DNA of 61,244 nt, counting the filler, from Sphacelaria rigidula (taxonomy: Eukaryota), in assembly GCA_964200075.2 (NCBI GenBank). It is 4 parts of 4 records of this genome, joined end to end, with 100 filler letters (N's around TTAATTAATTAA, not from the genome) between each part and the next. Parts side by side here need not be neighbours in the genome. Positions count along the whole stretch, not along the records: positions 1 to 15,237 come from CAXNAA020001844.1; 3 more parts are not named here. One strand, given 5' to 3'. Both the position numbers and the translations under genes were made by a program. This document shows positions 1 through 11,843 of the stretch, piece by piece. How positions within the stretch are numbered: position 1 is the stretch's first letter; the number at the start of each line of letters is the position of its first letter. The notes beneath the pieces are model-generated. The model made no database searches. It was not told where the DNA came from and saw nothing but the letters and a program-made list of their open reading frames with translations.

Positions 1-194
1 AATAAAGCCTAGAGATTGATTTGTCACGAGTCGACCCATGACACTAAAACCAAGTGATTTCCAGACGAATCATTATTTGTCCGACCCTTGTTAGGTTCGG
101 AACGTGATCATCAAACGACCTCAACTGGTACAAGAGAAAATACCTTGAGGTCTCCCAGACTCCTCATTTCCTTCTCGGCACGTGGAGTATCCAG

Positions 195-480
195 ATGATC
201 CCCAGCACCTTCAAGGAAGTCATGGATTTGTTGAAAGCCCAGAAGTGGAAAGTTGCATTCAACCGGTGTACTCCCCACCTTTGTCGGGTCGAACCCTCCC
301 ATCTTGTAGATGATGCTGAAGTTAGTCGTTCCAGCCAGGTAACGGATTTGTGCCGCTCAAGTCTGACACCTGTGTCTACCTCCACAGTTGCAACAACACC
401 GCCATCATCCTGACGCTGTACGTGGATGATCTTCTCCTGATCGGGGGGGATACTCGCGAGCTAGAAAATATCAACGACGA
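195..480 (+). pseudogene. Ty1/copia retrotransposon reverse transcriptase fragment (degenerate, internally deleted)
   Basis: PSTFKEVMDLLKAQKWKVA (pre-RT EPxTFKEA..W-type motif), then in another frame GFVPLKSDTCVY...ILTLYVDDLLLIGGD, the copia SDxCVY and YVDD motifs. Confidence 0.85.
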
Positions 481-1338
481 AGCACATTGCCTACCCTCTC
501 TATCAAAGGGTTGACCCTTTCGGGGCCGTATTCCCACGAACCAGGGGTGAGGACCTGGTACGCACGCAGGGTCGATTTGTGCGATTCGGCATCATTTTCA
601 GTCGTTCGTAACATATTTAACCTTATTTAGACAGCGAGCATCGCCTCGGAATAGTTTCACGGGCTGACAGTCCAGAGACATGAGGGGATTTCCAGGGCGC
701 GCGGGGGGTGGTTGTCTTTCGACGGGGTATGTGTCTGTCCGCACAAAGCAGCCCCCCGCCCACCAATTCAATCATGTGTGTTTGGAAGTTTCCCGCGGAA
801 GATTCTATGATAAGCTAGTAACGAGGCCCGAGAGGCCCGGAATGACAGTTTTGTCCAATCACGGCTGTCACAGTGGTCACTTTGTTCTCCTACAGCTTGA
901 CTACTCGCTGTCTAGCCGTAATTCTCATTCTGGTCACGATCACTCAACCATAGATCACAAGGGCACCAACAACGTGCTTCTTACTCTGCTCGTGATTTAT
1001 GCCGCATAACTGACCCCTCATGTGTTGCTAGCGCAGCTTCACACTGTGTGTAGTATTGTTGTGGAACACAAAGCAGAGACATGAGCAGCATGCGATGGAC
1101 TGCCTACAGTGGAGAGCGATGGCACGCTAACTGTTTCTTGCCGCTTTATCCGGTAAAGATTACAGCACGCGTACTGACTCTGCACGCAGTAGGCTGCAGG
1201 GTCAAAACTGTTCAAGGGTTGTTCGGGACTATTTACTATATAGATGCCAAACATCCACATGTGCATGAAAAAGGCGTTTTGTGTAGCGAAAAAAGAGCTG
1301 TTCTGAACCTCAAATTTGGCATAGCACAACCCAACCGG

Positions 1339-1699
1339 TCGCCCCGCGGTGGCTCAGTTAGTAACCTCGAAACATTTTGACGGTTGGGTCGTGGGTTCAA
1401 ATCTCGGAGCGATCTGGGATTTTTTCTTACACCATGCCCAACAGTGGAGAGCGACCATGTCGTGGGTCCACAAAAATCGACTCAACGGTCGACGAGGGAG
1501 AGGGACTACCGCAGCCCTCTTACGATAAAAAATAAAGGCAAGCACCGCAGAAGGAAGGTGGAGTACTAAGAACAAATATAAAAGAAAAAGCTCCTGTGTT
1601 GACCTTCCTCCTATGTGACCCCGGCTGACGCGTCCACATATACCGAAAGGTGTAGACCGGCGTCTAGAAGAGATGGGACGACAACACGCAACACACACA
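1339..1699 (+). mobile_element. tRNA-derived SINE, family A (full-length copy)
   Basis: A-box TGGCTCAGTTAG (~1350), B-box GGTTCAAATC (~1394), acceptor-like pairing TCGCCCCG/CGGAGCGA. The body (1420-1699) recurs diverged at 34083-34371 and ends in a CA-rich tail. Confidence 0.7.
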
Positions 1700-1726
1700 G
1701 TCCACCTGCGGAGGGGGTCGCTGTCT

Positions 1727-1856
1727 ACGAGTTGGGCCAGCCTAAAAACAGATTTAAGCTCTCAAAGCAATACAAGTTCTGTAACTTCTGTAAGATCTTC
1801 ATACCGGTACCCGACAGATGTCGTATTTATTGTCTAATTAAGGGGGAGATGCCCAT
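1727..1856 (+). repeat. Dispersed repeat also found at 30456-30574
   Basis: ACGAG(T/C)TGGGCCAGCCTAAAAACAGATTTAAGCTCT and ...TCTAAT(T/C)AAGGGG..TGCCCA are shared by both sites. Confidence 0.75.
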
Positions 1857-2142
1857 CTGCTCAAAAATCTGAGCCAATAGTTTCTCGTTGATTAAACCCC
1901 ATGTCTAGTAACTCCTCCTATCCCTTACGGCGATAGCGTCAACGCTAAAATCTGCTTCAAACCCGAACGATACATTCAGCGGATGATGAAGATTTTTGGT
2001 GTGGACCTTCTCTGGAGCACGGGGAGACGACAGATGCCCTCACCTTCACCTAATTCGTAATATATCTCGAGATATGGCGCAGATAACACACGCGGCCAGT
2101 CGGCTACCCCTAAAAATACTCTGATCCGGTCAACTTTTCGAG

Positions 2143-2353
2143 CCTCCAGAGGAATCAAGCTCCTCCAGAGGGTGCACGGCCCTCCAGAGGGGTGGGATCA
2201 AACACCTCCAGAGGCTTGTTGTGCCCCTGGAGGGTCGCGCACCCTCCGGAGGACTTTGGAGGATACGCGGCCCTCCAGAGCACCGTCTTTTTTGTTACTC
2301 TCGAGGAATCCAGACGTCAGAAGTCACTGGAGCATCACATGCCGTCCAGAGGA
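2143..2353. repeat. Cluster of about 8 CCTCCAGAG-like motifs with irregular spacers
   Basis: Copies near 2143, 2162, 2181, 2205, 2243, 2272 and 2344, plus an inverted variant near 2225. Confidence 0.7.
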
Positions 2354-4859
2354 TTCGTTTATTACCGCACCTGTGGATGAAATACCCTCATGAGGGTATT
2401 TTACTCTCGAGAGGAGGAACATTCGGATTTTTATGGGGGAAGCCGAATGGCCGCGTGTGAAGTTTTCATATTAAAATGAATACATTGCGAGCAGAGGCAC
2501 TAGATGCCGTAAATCTTCATATCGCGTCTCAGTTTTCGAGAGTTGCTGTATGAAATTCCGTATGAAGAACCGCTAGTGCATACTGAAATGAAACAGAACA
2601 TCCCCCGACCTTTTTTTTTCGATTTCTTTCCTTTTTTTTTTCGTGTGTTTGGTGGAGTTTTGAGGATAAATGAGCATTACTCTTAGCCCTCTTTTCTATG
2701 TTCCAGCCCACGTTTTTGAATTGTGATTTGAAACTTAGCATGGAGTACCACGGAAGTGTGCCGATTGAAAAAAAAATAGCCTTCTTTTTTTTTGTTTTTT
2801 CATAAAGGTCAGGGCGTTCTCGGGAAGAAATGCTCTGTACCATACTTGAACGCCCTAAATCAGTGAAAAAAGGAGAAAAAAAACAACCTGACGCACTGAG
2901 TTTTGTTAACTATGCCCTAGCGAGGGCCCACACGAAATGTCAATACACAAAAACCAAACGTGGGCCGGTAAGTGGCCTGCAAAATACTGTTCCGAATTTC
3001 TACCGACCTTTTTTTTATAAGGCGAATGCGCCGGCCAATATTTAGAGTAGGAGCGTGAAACTTGGTATGGACAATACATAGTGCATGACGATAATATTAC
3101 AGAAGCACCGTAAGTATTTTTTTTGCATGAGTTGTGGGCAATGATCATTTTTCAGGTATCAGTAAAACGCCCTCAACTCACGAAAAAAAAAAAAACTTCC
3201 GGTGCTTCTATGATTTTGTTTTTGTGTCCTATGCACTGTGCATACCAAGTTCACGCTCCAACTCTAAATATTGGCCGGCGCCTTCGCCTGCAAACTTCTG
3301 ATCCACCTCCAAGCTGGCCCAGCTCGTGAGGGTTAAGTGGAAATGACGCCGAATCACAGTGCGCCCTAATCCCCGGTTGGTCCACTCCGGTCCCGAAAGG
3401 ATGAAGTCGAAAATATGGCTTTTGGGCCGAGAGGACATCAATACGAGGTATATATATGGGTTGAGATACTTTGTGTTGTTTCGTTTTTCATGATTCTGGG
3501 GGAGGGTGGGCAAGAGGAGTACAAAATGGAACTCCCAACGGTATGTCCGGTCTTGTCGCGAAATATGACGAGATACTACTGACTGTTGTGGATCGTGGGT
3601 ACATGACAAGGCATCAACGGGTGAAAAAAACCCCACGCGAGGAGAACGTAGGATATTTATTATTATCAACTCACTTTTTATCTCTCTCTAGTGCAGAAGA
3701 ACCAACTGACGAATGTTCCGGAGCCGGTAGTTTTCACAGCTTCAAAGCGACGATGCACGACAGCACGGTGGGTAAACGCGACGGTAGTTGCGTCGGGTTT
3801 CCACAAACCGCTGGTGATATCGTCATTTTCCCCCGGTGGAATATCCCGTGGATCAACCGTAGAGTAGAAGGGTGTTGCTCTGTCAGTGGGAGGTGCAATG
3901 ACTGCAGGCTGAGGTGCGTGTAACTCCGTAGGATGTATGCAAAGTCATCACACCTCGGACAACGCACGAGTCGACCCTTTGACCGCGGCACAGGACCCAC
4001 ACATGGGGATGATTCTGTAGTTAATTCAATTATTTGCGCGAATCGCGACTATGGACGAGCGTTCAAGATCGGCACCGTTAAAAAGCAGGCGAGGAACTAA
4101 AACATGGGACGTGTCCTGGTTCACTATACTGCAGCGCAAACACACTCACGTCCTCTCTCATGTGCTGTAGCTATCACTGCTCTGTGGTGTGTTTAGGCCT
4201 TGCGAAGACGGTTTGGTCTCCACTGAGATTGAATTGGGCTGCTGTGTTGTTGTGTTCGTCTCTCTGTAAAATATGGTGTTGGTCGGGATGCAGTGCTGGC
4301 TACCCACTGTCTGTTGAAAAAATATTCATGGTGTGTTGACTGTTTCGCCTTCCGTAACACAAACGAGCTGCTGCCCAGACCCATCATGTGCGCGACACCA
4401 AACATGGCTGGGTAAAGACACACAACCAGCGCCGGTATACACCTCTCGACCGGCTCCGATGAAAGGAGCAACCCACATCACAGTGCGGATATACTGCATC
4501 GCCCGGGTACTGATTGCATCCGTCAGCATGGCGGCCGCTGCCGCTGGCATTGGTGCCAGCGCTCGTGACGACGGAAAGACACAACCAGCCATCTTGAGAT
4601 GGGGATGGGATGTACAGATACACGAGTATCGCATTGACCCCCTGCGCGGCGGCAGTGTACAACTCTTTGTCTGCTTGTCTACTAGCACCTTCGTTCCTCT
4701 GCTGCTGCTCTGCCCGTCCCGGCGCGACTGTTCCCTTATGTACTGTAGTACGTACACTACAGGTATGACTCGAGTGTGCGAGCCAGTCCCAAGCATTTTT
4801 CACTACATAGCTCACTACGAGGGTCGCATTTCATTGGCGCTCGAGCCTGGTGTAGATAT

Positions 4860-5820
4860 ACCCCTAGCCTATACCCCCCTACCCCATGTGATATTTAATA
4901 TACCTTGGTCATGTTTTTCGGAGGGTATATGATATAAAATGATATGTTTTATGACTTTATATCATATACCCTATGTGGAGCTTTTTCAGCAAAATGTGAC
5001 TATAAAAGGATATATGACATGTGGTATATATCATATATATACCTGCGTCGGGTGATATATATGCCTGTATCAGGTTATATATATGCCTAGATCAGGTGCT
5101 ATACGGCGGAATATATGACTACATTACGTGATGTATGTGAGATTGGCTTGTATCAGTGCCATGAGTAATTAAACTAGTTAAACTAAAATCAAATTAAATG
5201 ATATACAGGAAGTCATCGATAATAAATAATAATTAATGAATTATATAAATATTACGGTTGGATTGAGGTTTGGATTGTTGTTTTTTGCACAAGCGGAAGA
5301 CATAATAATGATAACAACAACAATAATCATGATAATAATAATTAACTAATACATAATATAATATTTTTTAATCAATTATGTAATGTTTGAGGATGGAATG
5401 GGAATGTTTGTAAGGATGGGAGCTGATTTTTATTTTTTGGACAAAGTAGAAAGAATATGCCATATGGTGCCCGGTACCGTTGACGCCTGCCTGTTACCTA
5501 CACAAAGGGAACACGAGGTCTGTCAGACTTTTCTCTCTGAGGTGAATTTTTGTCTTAACCAATGGCAGGTACTGATGTGACACGGCGATAGGTACATAGA
5601 GGCGTGAGTATCACTGGAAAACGCGAATTGTCTTATATATGCGGGGATATATGACTATGTATGCAATACACCACATTATTATGTTCCAATAAGATTAGGT
5701 ATCAGCTTATTTCATCATCATATAGGTCAGATGCCAGGTGATACACATCACATAGGCCAGAAATCACGTGATATATAGTATATCGTATAAAATATATTCT
5801 ATATACTATACATATATAGT
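4860..5820. repeat. AT-rich low-complexity region with GATATAT/ATCAGG short repeats, probably a non-autonomous DNA transposon remnant
   Basis: Repeated gatatat, tatatg and atcagg words near both ends; AAT-rich core at 5170-5380. Confidence 0.4.
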
Positions 5821-5919
5821 AGTTAGCACCAGAAGTTTTCAGAATTCGTAGTTGTTGTAGTTTTTGAGTTTTTCTCGAGTACTATTCTTCACTACTACTT
5901 GAAAGTGCTAGCGCCGGTA

Positions 5920-6400
5920 GATTTAGGGTGAAAGCGCAGGCCGCGCTCAAACTGCAGTGCCCAGGTTGGTGTTTTTGCGGCGATACGGACCAGATACCCC
6001 GTTTATCAGGAGGGTGTTATGGGCCATTTTTGGTCCAATTAAAGGAGTTTTCTGGCTCTTCCGCAACGAAACGGTAAATATTCAGATGAATGAATACATG
6101 AAAAAATCTTCACAATAACGATCGAGATGGTGTTCCCCTCCTATACTGCACAGACCTCAGTCTAGCATTTTCTGCGGGTGGTCTCTTCTCGTTTTTTTTC
6201 GCATAACATTCTCCATGAGCACTCGAAAGTGCTGGCGTCGATAGTTTTGGCAAAATAAGCAGACCGTACTTGAATCACAATGCCCAAGTTGGTGTTGTGG
6301 GGGCGATACGGAGTAAAGACGCCGTTTATCAGGAGGGTGTTATTGACCGTAAATGGTCCAAGAAACATAGTTTTCCGCCTTCAGCGCAGTGATTAGGTGA
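5920..6400 (+). repeat. Two diverged direct repeats about 323 nt apart
   Basis: TGCCCA(G/A)GTTGGTGTT...GGCGATACGGA...CCGTTTATCAGGAGGGTGTTAT at ~5958-6020 and ~6281-6343. Confidence 0.75.
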
Positions 6401-7752
6401 AGTTAAAAAAAAATAATCCTTTTTGGGTCTTCCCTTACATGATCGGGATCAAGTCGGTCCACCGAAAATACCGGAAAGCTAGAACCTGGGGTTGCACTTT
6501 CGCAGGACCCCCGAAGATCGGTCAAGCCCGTAAGTCACTCAATATTGATCGCAGATATTTTTTCTTTTAACACTTGTTGAGATGGATAAAATATCTCCAG
6601 ATGCTCCTTTTTTGGCATTCAACAGTCACTGTGATGAGCGGTGGCAAGCGAAACGAATTTGGAAAATCTTTGAGAAACAGAGAAACTACGAATTCTGCAT
6701 ACTTGTGACGCTGACTGCACCCCAAATATATGTCACATTCATAGCGATATATGGTAAAAATGTGGGTTATATGAACTACAAATATATCAACTTTCATGAC
6801 ATATCACCTTTTTCTGGAGGGGTATATATATAGATACACTATATCTCGAAAAGTTAATAGGATACCATGCTCTGATTGGCGCTAGATTCCGCCGATTCCT
6901 CACTTGAAGGGCCTCTGATTGGTTGAAATTCACATTTCACTACAAAAATCTATTCTCATGTATGGGCGGTGTGCCTTATAAACAGACTATCGGCGGAAGC
7001 TTTGGAACCTCCCCTCTTGTGTACAGGACACTTCCTGTGCGTTGGTGCACAATGTCTTTGTATCATCGCATCCTATTTCTGATATTAGAACGTAGTACCA
7101 CATTAATTCCCAAACGTTGAAATTTTTGTCTCATAAGTTCGGGTACCTATGGGCAATACGCTGTCTGGATATAACCGTGATAGTGAAGATAGTATAGTCG
7201 GGAGCGTTAGAAAGATAAAACGGGGCCAAAGGTAGAGAAGGAAAAATAACAGGGTTCTATTCCCTCACCTCAAATGGGTTAAAATATACCCTATTTTGGC
7301 CTACTTTGAAATGTTTTTCGAGAATGTTTTTTGAGAATATCCTCCGAGAATGTGTTTTTGATGATGTTTTCGAGAAGTCCCGAAAATTCTCAAAAGCGCC
7401 CAAAGTTGTACCCTCCCTGCTTACTACACCGTTCTAGCGATGGACTCGCCCCCCAGCACACCCCCACCCCACCAACGGGGCGCCGAGATATGGGTACGTG
7501 GCCGCTACGCAATGGCGGTAGAGATTGCGATTGTCATGCAGCCAGAGTTGTCTCGTGGGAAAGGCGTGAAATAAGGCCATTTTTTGGGCCGACTGATTTG
7601 TTTTCGGCCGTTAGGCCGCATGGTTCAAGCACACCGGCGAAAACCAAAAACAAACATGTATTTTACTCGAGAAACACCGAAGATTTCAACAAAACAATCG
7701 AACAACAGAAGGGACACGATTGAGGGCCCGTGCAAATTTAGGTACCCTAACT

Positions 7753-8570
7753 TGTGAGACGTGGAAAGTATTTGACTGAAACCCAGGCCAGATTTGAGAC
7801 CAAGACATTGGCCCATCCCGCGAACAAGGCATGAACATGTTATGTAGTATGAGTGCCTGTGAACAAAGTTCAGAATTCCACCGAGTGTGCATGGGATCAA
7901 CTTGCCGCAGTCAAGACCAACAGGAGCCATCCTTGGGGATTCCACTTCAAAATATATATCTAAAAAGGCTATGGTCAACCGCTCTTTACTTAATCCCCGC
8001 CTTATGGACCCTCCATGCCCAAACCTCGGCGTCCTCCAAACTTGAAACGCAAGACTCACGTCTGTAAACATGAAGAATAAAGTACGAACGATGAGATTTG
8101 CACACGATAGAACACCGGCGAAGGGATTCGAACCCTTACGCTCTCTACTAATGGCAAAGTGCTCTTTCCGGTTGAGCTACGTCGGTAGCGTTGAAGGACA
8201 GAGCTCAAGTGAGCAGGACAGGTTTAAGAGTGGACATGAAGGCGAGAAGGGAGATGAGGTGGGAATGATGTATGATCTATGCATACAGCTCATCTCGACA
8301 TAACGAAAGGGCATGGATAAAGGGACCATGAACCAAAAGACATCGAACTGGAATTCAGTTCAACGTGTGGATCGCCTTGGGTACAACGTTCTGTGACTCT
8401 TCGGTATATTCGGTCTGACATCGCGCCGTCATTCCGAGATAAAGAGACAATCCTCCAAAGATCTAGCGGATATCCGAGGAACCTTCCTCGGTGCTAGAAG
8501 TTTCCTATGAGCAGAACCAAGGAGTTCTTGGAGCAAGAGGGAAGTTGGGTTCTCACAAGTGGAATTCACA
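7753..8570 (-). mobile_element. Probable 3' LTR of the gypsy element
   Basis: On the - strand a polypurine tract AAGTAGGGGGTAA (8571-8583) is followed directly by TGTGA (8570), and the segment ends TCTCACA at 7753, giving TGTGA...TCACA termini. It lies about 1.07 kb downstream of the integrase ORF end. No 5' LTR is available in the contig to confirm. Confidence 0.55.
8114..8186 (-). tRNA. tRNA-like cloverleaf (pseudo-tRNA or Pol III promoter unit)
   Basis: 73 nt: ACCGACG-TA-GCTC-AACCGGAAA-GAGC-A-CTTTG-CCATTAG-TAGAG-AGCGT-AAGGG-TTCGAAT-CCCTT-CGCCGGT. All four stems form with one acceptor mismatch. The anticodon loop is non-canonical (C at position 33) and no oligo-T terminator follows. Confidence 0.75.
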
Positions 8571-9654
8571 TTACCCCCTACTTGTAGTTGTGACGGTGTT
8601 GGAGCTCTCACCCCGTCAAAAACTTGAGATTGGAGGATTCCAGATCGTGAGATAATACAACATTTCCTTGATACATATATCTGGAGCGTTCACTCGAAAC
8701 ACTCACAAGTGTAATGATTATAGGACGAAAATGACACGTGTACTGTACAAACGAATATTGTGAATGCATGAGTACCGGGCAGACATTCGTATCATTTTGA
8801 CTTGCCATTTGTACTATTTTGACCTTGTCAAAAATAGTACTGAAGGATCAACAAGTTCAAAGTGATGGGCAGAGACAAACTAAATTTCTCCACGTTGAAC
8901 ACATCATTGGAATGTCATCCATTCTATATCGTAGACAAAATATATCCAGACAGTGTGTGTATCGACTGCGACATGCAGGGTCGAAATTATAGTCTTCTGG
9001 ACGAAAACATTGAATTGCGCACATAAATTTTAACACGATTTTTTTTTCATGTTTGATCCTGCATCGTGTGCCTATATAAATGGGCAACGAGATAGCATTG
9101 TGGCCAGATAGTTATGCTATCTATGGCACGGTTAACGACCAAAAACATATGATTCGGTGTGGATAATCATGGCTGACAAATTCAGTGCATTGTTGTATGC
9201 ACCATGGCACATACGATGGGGCAAAATGCAGAGGTGATAACGTGCGATATTGACATGCATTTCCTCGAAACGAGATACAAAAACTCTCGAAAACAATAAG
9301 CACACGATGTCAATTGAGTGACAATATACCCTCCTTGCACTTTTCGGTGAACCAACATCCGTCGTGCAGACCGTGTTAGGGTCTTGCGTGTATAAACAAT
9401 ACGGGATGTCGAGTGGGTGGATATGTGGTACACAAAATGTTGGAAAACGCCCTGTCGGTGTTCGGAAACACGAGGAGACAATTTTTGATGAAATCTCGCA
9501 AAACCTCAACGAGTGCGCGGTATTTCGAACTTGAAAAAGCCATGGAATGATTATGATCCGTAATGAGAAATCATAAATATCTATATATAGTGTATACATT
9601 TTCAGACAATGGAGAAATCATTCAGTTATAGGCGAGCATCAGTTCTTGTTGAAC

Positions 9655-11100
9655 TTATGTGACATGCAGATGTTGTAGTGCACTGACATGCCCAAAACAT
9701 TGATCTACAACCGTATAATTCCTACTAGCGTTTCGTCGTGGGGGATCAAATGCTGCTGGATCCTTCGACCAGATTGTAGCGCGATAGGATTTCATCATAT
9801 CGTGACATTGTGGAATGGTACGACAATGTCGCCATACTCCACGTTGAGGGGGGCAATCCTTAACTTTAAGGTGATGGTGGAAATGATCTGGTGAGTCGGC
9901 TCCAACCCCCCGTTTATGACCATCAATATATCCTGCCACATATGGTCCAAAGATGGCCTTTTGCACTGGGCCATCAAGGTCTAGGACTGGCAGACTTTTT
10001 CGTAAGAATATGTCATTGAGCCCTTCGAGGTCGGGAACAGGGGATGACGTCGGGTCGTCGTTTTTTTTCATGCGACCAAGACGGACAGTAACTTCCGCCG
10101 GATCGTTAGGTTTACCGACTCGGAAGGTAACTGGTGACAGTTGCCTTCGAACTATATACGGACCATGCCATGGGCTATGCAGCGAAGGATTGGAATTGGG
10201 ACCGTCAGGTTCTAGGATATGATTCGGGCGATATATTGAATCTTCACCGCGTGGCTTGAAACTGGGAAATTGCGGTTTCTCATTCGTAACCGTTTGTTTA
10301 TCCGCGCGCTCTTGAAGGTTGTGTCGGGCTAGCCCGTATGCTACTTGCGAATGATTGACAGTTTGACGAGAGTAATGAAGTCGTGTTTGCGGTCCAGATG
10401 TGGCAGGAACGCCGAGAATGAGATCTACTTGGAGTACAGCTGCTCGTCCGAACATTGAATAGTGAGGTGCTTCCTCAAGTGTTGACGAATTTGCTGTGTT
10501 GTGTGCCAATTGGAAAAAAGGGATTAATTCAGCCCACTTATCGCAAGCTAAATTGCTGTACATGGCGAGTATATTGCGGACAGTGCTGTGTACTCGTTTA
10601 AGGACAGAATTGACTTGTGGACAATATGCGGCCGAGCGTGTATTCTTATACCCGAAGACTGCAGATCTTTGACTGACTGGTTTTCCAACTCAGTTCTTGA
10701 TCAGAATGCAGTGTTCCAGGTGGTCCAAACAATGAGAATGCATGGTCAACAGGTTTTCGAACAACTGTAGTCGCCTCCTTGTTTTCCATGACACAAATCT
10801 AGTGAGATGATCAATCACGGACAGTATATATCAATCGCCTTCTGACAGATTGGTACTCGACAAGATCTACAGCTATGCATTGAAATGTGCGTTCGACAGG
10901 ACGATATTCCACAGGTAAGGTGGGTGGCAGATGGGAGGTTGTACGGGGTTGACATGATACACAACCGTTGACATGTTGCTGTACATCGGTATGTACAGTA
11001 GGCTACCAGTATCGATCACGCACTCTGTCAGATGTAGCTTTCAAAGCTAAATGACCACCAGAAGAGGATAAGTCATGACATGCGTGAATTACTAGTTTCC
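9655..11100 (-). mobile_element. Ty3/gypsy integrase (degenerate) with GPY/F motif and chromodomain-like C-terminus
   Basis: HHCC finger HACHD..GGHL...YW*...CVSCQ (~10940-11090), IAVDL core (~10865), then ORF 9655-10563 WAELIPFFQLAHNTA..STLEEAPHYSMFGR...PWHGPYIV..LSPVTFRV. Stops and frameshifts are present upstream. Confidence 0.9.
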
Positions 11101-11843
11101 GTAGACTAGAGTGCTACTAGTTGATCGCGGAACTCACCGGGTCGGCGTGAGTGACCAGGGCGGGACGAACGATATAATGACTCGCTAGCGTGCCTTTGGC
11201 AGCCGGCGTTCAGGGGATCCACTCGAGAACATTCAGTATTTTGAAGAGTCCTTGCTCCCAACCGCTCTAAATACTCTTATCTCCTCCCGGAGTATTCTGG
11301 GATGAGAGTTCATGGAGCACCATACCCCCATCCCAATGATCGTTGAAATGTTGGCCCGTTGTATTTGCTTCCCTTCTGAGGGAAACATCGATTTTGAAAT
11401 GCCACTGATGGGCACTGTTTTTTCCTAGCATTTCTTGTCTTCCATACCTTGACTGAAGACGGGGCAGTTGTCAGGAATGCACGCCCTGGATAAGGACAAT
11501 AGATCCCATTGTCAAAACGTGTGCAGCATATAGTATCGAGTATTACGTCTGTTGCAATCGACAAAAAACTATATGCTGCACGCAGTACATTGAGTGACAA
11601 CGTAATCTGTTGTCCACGGTGGGCATGAATGAAATAAGCTCGCAGCATTGCACGTAGTATGTAAAGTCACAATTGCTCATGCAGCTTCGTATTGTGGACA
11701 TATCACATTCATGCTGATACTTCAACCAGGACCGGCGGCAGAGTAACCGAGAAACACCGCTGTAGCTGGCGAATGCTGAGATCGCTCCCTACCTCACGAC
11801 CGCTTTACATATCCACAAAAACTCCTCATGGCTGACTGCAGCA

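Noticed and set aside
2143-2353. CRISPR-like array
   Set aside because: Repeats are only 9-11 nt, spacing is irregular, one copy is inverted, there are no cas genes and the context is eukaryotic.
4326-4932. Overlapping 143-199 aa ORFs
   Set aside because: No recognisable domain or splice structure; ORFs on both strands are expected by chance in GC-rich sequence.
8114-8186. Functional tRNA-Asn(ATT)
   Set aside because: C instead of U33, weak anticodon stem, acceptor mismatch and no oligo-T terminator; kept only as tRNA-like.
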